A DNA stretch of 64,000 nucleotides. It comes from a virus. The translations under genes were made by a program, and so were the position numbers. A model generated the notes under the pieces. That model was not told the origin of the DNA. It worked only from the letters and a program-made list of their open reading frames with translations, and did not search any database. Shown piece after piece: positions 60,059-64,000 of the stretch (the stretch's first letter is position 1; every line of letters starts with the position of its first letter). The DNA is taken from IMG/VR virus record IMGVR_UViG_3300046535_001151, positions 1 through 64,000 of that record; one strand, given 5' to 3'.

Positions 60059-63000
60059 TAGGCACTCCCACCATCACGAGCGGCGGCGACATCGGCGTTG
60101 GTCATCCCACGGGTGGGATCGAGATCATCATTCCCCCACGGATGCGTGATGACATCCTGTTCCGATCCCCAGGGCTGCATGCGGACGACGGATTCCTCCC
60201 GGTAGAGCCGGAAGGGCGCGGAGGCTGCGAAGTAGTACTTCCGCTTCACACCCTTGACCGGCAGGAAGGAGATGTAGCGATCCAGCTTGGCCCCATCGGT
60301 CGAGGGGATCACATAGTTGTGCGATTCCACCGCGCCGTCTCCATCCTGACTCCGCTGAATGGAAAGCGTCAGGGTCACCTCGGTCGTCGAGACGAGCGTG
60401 ATGTTCGCGTCGATCCACTGCTTGTAGCCGGGAACCCCGTCATCACCTTCTTGGGTCTGCCACACGGTGAGCGAGTAAGGCTCAGCGTCGAAGATACTGA
60501 GAATCGTATAGGGACGAGAGGGGTTCCCGTCGGTGGGATAGATCCGCAGTACACGACCGAGACGCTGGGTGGCCAGCGCATGATGGATGACTTGGCGCCC
60601 GGTGGTGTTGACGGAGAAGGTCTCCACAACTGTGCCGTCGAGATCGACCGTGACCGTTTTGTTCTGCCCAAAGGTATCCACCTCAAACAGGAACGCCTTG
60701 AACCATTTGTCTGCGAGTGTGCCGTGGACCGAGTAGCCCTGATTCCAGTTCGACTGCTCTGACGGCTCAGGGACGAGGAACCACTTGTGCCGGTAGAGCA
60801 GACCGATGTTCAGATCGGTGGCTTCGAAGTGGAACACATGCCCACGGCCCGCGAGGAAGGTCAGATGGATCCACTGACGGCCCACGGTGGTGACGGACCA
60901 GTACTGGAGACCGGTATATGGGTTGGTCAGGACGGATCCATCCACCGTGACCTTGACCCGCTTCTCCGCCCCGCCCGTGTCACAGTAGAGATCGAGCCCT
61001 GTGTAGTACTGATCCCCATCCGCCTCGTAGTGAATATCCCACGCCGCGATCCTCGGGGGTTCGTTGACCTTGATCCAGTCGGCCTGATAGAGGATCCACG
61101 CGATACAGTCATCGGTCGGGCGGATGCGGACCTTCCGTGCCTGCTGCCCGAGCCACGAGAAACTCAGCTTGTGCCGACCGTTGGCATTGACCAGCAGGGT
61201 GGCTACGGTGGTGACGAGTCCGTTGTAATCCTTCTCGATGATGATGGTCCGATCGATCCCACCGGTGTCACAGTCGAACGTCACCCCGGTCAGGTAGAAC
61301 TCATCGGGATGCCCGAGGTCGTCCCACTGGGTCATCCGGTTGAGGGTCTGATCGGGTTCGGGGATGTAGCTGATCCCCATGAAATAGAGCACCGGCCGAC
61401 CTGTGCTCGATGACCACGAGATCGTAGTCGCCACGTTTCGTGCTCGCTGTGGAACAGTCCCGAAGCTGTCGAAGGTATAGCGCAGCCGTCCAGTCCCGGC
61501 ATCGAAGGTCTGGGTCCCGTTGACCACGGTCTCATTGTTCAAGAGGGTGGTCAGGCTGAGAGTCGCGCCTTGGGGATCCGCATCCACGATCAGATCGCCG
61601 AGGAGCTTATCCTCTCGGGGACGATCCATGTCCCAGTCTTTAGTACGGATCGTACAGGTGATCGCCACTCCGTCGTCACTGAAGGCGGCAGGATCGTAGA
61701 GATAGGACTTGCCGGTCGTCAGCCCACCCACGAACAGTAGGGCTACTGGCGTGTCCTCATCCGGGAGGAGGTAGGTGGTCTGCTTCCCAAAGCTCCACGG
61801 CGTCCAGAACTTGAACAGGATCGCGTAGACGACCGTGTAGCGGTTGCCGTCCGTGCCTTGGTAGTGGAGGAACAACTGATCCAAGTAGCAGGACAGGCGA
61901 ATCGCGGTGGGCACCGTGAAGTCGATCGGTTGATACCCGTTCCACACCGTGCCACGGAACAGCGGCTGAATATCCAGTGAGATGATCTCTTCCACCCCGC
62001 CGCCGGTGTTGAAGATGCCGTCCTTCGCCACCCCGTAGATCCCCCCGAGACCGATCGCCCATGCCCAGCGAGAGACGATCCCTCTCCGGCAGGCGGTGGT
62101 GGTGGCGGTGACCTCGATGTCTCCAGTCAGGTTCGGGTAGATCGCGTAGAGGCGTTCACGGCTGAAGGTCAGTGGCTGCGGCCCATACATCAGGCCGGCC
62201 ATCAACTCCTCGGAGGGGGAACACACCTCGAGATTGGATTCGGCTGGCCAGTGATCAGGCTCACCGGGAATACACCAGTAGAGATGACCGGGTCGGTTGG
62301 GATCACCCAGACCGAACAGCAGACCCTGAGCAGGTCCGAAGAGCACCGGGACTGGTTGGGCAAGGATGGTGTTGCCGTTCACATCCTGAGTCGGCACCGC
62401 TTCAAAATGATCGAGGTTGACGGTGCCTGCTGTGGAGACCTCATCATCCGAGAAGAGATCGAGATACGCCCCTCCGTCACTCGCGTTCACATCGACGAAG
62501 AACCAATCATCCACATTGGTCCCACCACGTCGGTAGATCCGCTGGCGAATCGCGGCATCTCCGTAGGCCGCAGGCTGGACGATGATCCCTCGGCGGATCG
62601 CATCGATGAACAGCGTCAGGTCGGTCTGCTCGTCGGTCGGATTCCCCTCCGCTCCTGTGCGCGGATCGTAGTTGGTGTAGCGGTAGTCGTAGGAGTTGAC
62701 GCCCGGATCCATCGTGTCAGGACCCGCCCCACCAGTGAGCTTCCAGTCCTGCAGGGTGATCGAGGTCACCCCGGTGACATGATCCAGCACCGCGTAGAAG
62801 AGGATCAGCCCGGTGATGGTCGACCAGTCACAGCCGGGCGTGGTGCCGAACCGGCGGAAGTCACTCCTCCGCAGTGAATAGCCCACCGAGCCAAACTCGC
62901 GGACCTCATTGGAGATCGCCGCAGCCCGGAGGCTGATCGAGCGGAGATATTCGGCGGTGACGAAGGCATCGGTAGCCCGGCGAATCTGTCCCGCCTTCCC

Positions 63001-64000
63001 CTGTCCCACCGCGGCGAACCCACCAGGAATGTTCTGGGCGTTGGTGAGATTGGTCAGGGCGACCTGTCCAGCGAGGGTCAACTCGGCGTCAAGGGTAGCT
63101 TCGTCAGTGGACTGATAGGGATTCACGACTCGAGCGAAGGCATCCGGCACGAACGCCTTCATGTAGAAATCGGAGTTCAACCCACCGGAGTTCACCCCCG
63201 GCAGGACTTGTGGCGAGAAGTTGTTGCTGCAGACCAGATACAGCCGGACTTCCTTCACGAATTCGGGATTCACCAGCTGGAGCTTGAGGTGCATCGCGTC
63301 TTCGTCATCGGCATCCTTGACCGTGCCAGTGCCGTTGGCCTTCAGTTTGGTGAGATCGAGGCTCTTGGCCAGCCCCCAGAAGGAGTACCAGCCGTCATTC
63401 GGAGTGGTCGCGGCCAGTCCGGGCGTGAGGAGGAACACCGAGTCGTCCACCATCGTTGGGACCCCGGTATGGACGGGCGCATTCCCCACGAGAGGATCTG
63501 GGAAGGTGTAGCCGGCGTTGGGTGTCCATGCTGTGGCATTGGTCGAGTCCACATGATCCACCCGGGCGATCTGGGTGAAGTATTCCGTGTCGAGAGACAT
63601 CGTGGGGATCGTGGCCGGCGCCGGCAACCCAATCGGCACATCGAGGCCATCGACCCGCACCTTCCGCATCCGAGATCGATCCGCTACGAACATCCACGGA
63701 GCCCCAGAGAGCGGTGGACGATGCGGGAGGAGGACCAGTGGATCGCCCGAATAGCCCGTGTCGATGATCGCCACCGCACCCGACTGGCCGATGCGGAGAT
63801 CCTGATCCGTCCCCCACAGGCGGGTGTAGGTGCTGTTCAGCGGATCACTGAGTCGTCGAACCGAGTGATGCTTGGTGCCACCAGTCGCGTAGGAGGAAAG
63901 TCCATATCTCGTAGTCGCCCCCCGATCCATCGTGTGGGTCAGGTTGGTGTGCAGTGCGAACTGACCAACCGGGATCTGGTCGGCTTGGTCTTTCATGTTC
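60058..64000 (-). CDS. Large tail nozzle (tubular protein B-like) protein, 5' end probably beyond window
   Basis: >1312 aa; LYWC.PGEPDHWP, GIVSRWA, YGVAKDGIF, IS.DIQPLF propeller motifs; repeated C-terminal domains. Confidence 0.7.
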   Translation of the reverse strand, partial: NMKDQADQIPVGQFALHTNLTHTMDRGATTRYGLSSYATGGTKHHSVRRLSDPLNSTYTRLWGTDQDLRIGQSGAVAIIDTGYSGDPLVLLPHRPPLSGAPWMFVADRSRMRKVRVDGLDVPIGLPAPATIPTMSLDTEYFTQIARVDHVDSTNATAWTPNAGYTFPDPLVGNAPVHTGVPTMVDDSVFLLTPGLAATTPNDGWYSFWGLAKSLDLTKLKANGTGTVKDADDEDAMHLKLQLVNPEFVKEVRLYLVCSNNFSPQVLPGVNSGGLNSDFYMKAFVPDAFARVVNPYQSTDEATLDAELTLAGQVALTNLTNAQNIPGGFAAVGQGKAGQIRRATDAFVTAEYLRSISLRAAAISNEVREFGSVGYSLRRSDFRRFGTTPGCDWSTITGLILFYAVLDHVTGVTSITLQDWKLTGGAGPDTMDPGVNSYDYRYTNYDPRTGAEGNPTDEQTDLTLFIDAIRRGIIVQPAAYGDAAIRQRIYRRGGTNVDDWFFVDVNASDGGAYLDLFSDDEVSTAGTVNLDHFEAVPTQDVNGNTILAQPVPVLFGPAQGLLFGLGDPNRPGHLYWCIPGEPDHWPAESNLEVCSPSEELMAGLMYGPQPLTFSRERLYAIYPNLTGDIEVTATTTACRRGIVSRWAWAIGLGGIYGVAKDGIFNTGGGVEEIISLDIQPLFRGTVWNGYQPIDFTVPTAIRLSCYLDQLFLHYQGTDGNRYTVVYAILFKFWTPWSFGKQTTYLLPDEDTPVALLFVGGLTTGKSYLYDPAAFSDDGVAITCTIRTKDWDMDRPREDKLLGDLIVDADPQGATLSLTTLLNNETVVNGTQTFDAGTGRLRYTFDSFGTVPQRARNVATTISWSSSTGRPVLYFMGISYIPEPDQTLNRMTQWDDLGHPDEFYLTGVTFDCDTGGIDRTIIIEKDYNGLVTTVATLLVNANGRHKLSFSWLGQQARKVRIRPTDDCIAWILYQADWIKVNEPPRIAAWDIHYEADGDQYYTGLDLYCDTGGAEKRVKVTVDGSVLTNPYTGLQYWSVTTVGRQWIHLTFLAGRGHVFHFEATDLNIGLLYRHKWFLVPEPSEQSNWNQGYSVHGTLADKWFKAFLFEVDTFGQNKTVTVDLDGTVVETFSVNTTGRQVIHHALATQRLGRVLRIYPTDGNPSRPYTILSIFDAEPYSLTVWQTQEGDDGVPGYKQWIDANITLVSTTEVTLTLSIQRSQDGDGAVESHNYVIPSTDGAKLDRYISFLPVKGVKRKYYFAASAPFRLYREESVVRMQPWGSEQDVITHPWGNDDLDPTRGMTNADVAAARDGGSA

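Overview
This window is most of a high-GC tailed dsDNA phage genome (Caudoviricetes). It is probably podovirus-like, since it has ejection proteins and nozzle/adaptor genes but no tape measure or sheath. No host-chromosome genes, integrase, tRNA or CRISPR array were recognised. The layout has three parts. (i) A minus-strand late arm runs from about 29.3 kb to 1: TerS-like gene, lysis cassette, TerL, portal, scaffold, major capsid, adaptor, LamG and collagen-like fibre, a glycosylation cassette and a split P22-gp10-like gene. (ii) A plus-strand early/replication arm spans 29.6-53.9 kb: DUF932, iteron origin with AAA helicase, PD-(D/E)XK nuclease, ERF, SSB, a second large glycosyl/methyltransferase cluster, a 2OG-Fe(II) oxygenase and a UDG-PolA fusion. 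(iii) A minus-strand tail/ejection module runs from 64 kb to 53.9 kb. The most notable biology is two separate glycan-building loci, each with its own NDP-sugar C-methyltransferase. One is translationally coupled to a (Gly-Pro-Thr)n collagen fibre, recalling BclA/SgtA spore-collagen glycosylation. The other runs directly into an atypical UDG-PolA. All family calls come from motif recognition by eye, not database searches, and several start codons were re-picked from RBS and stop/start overlaps.
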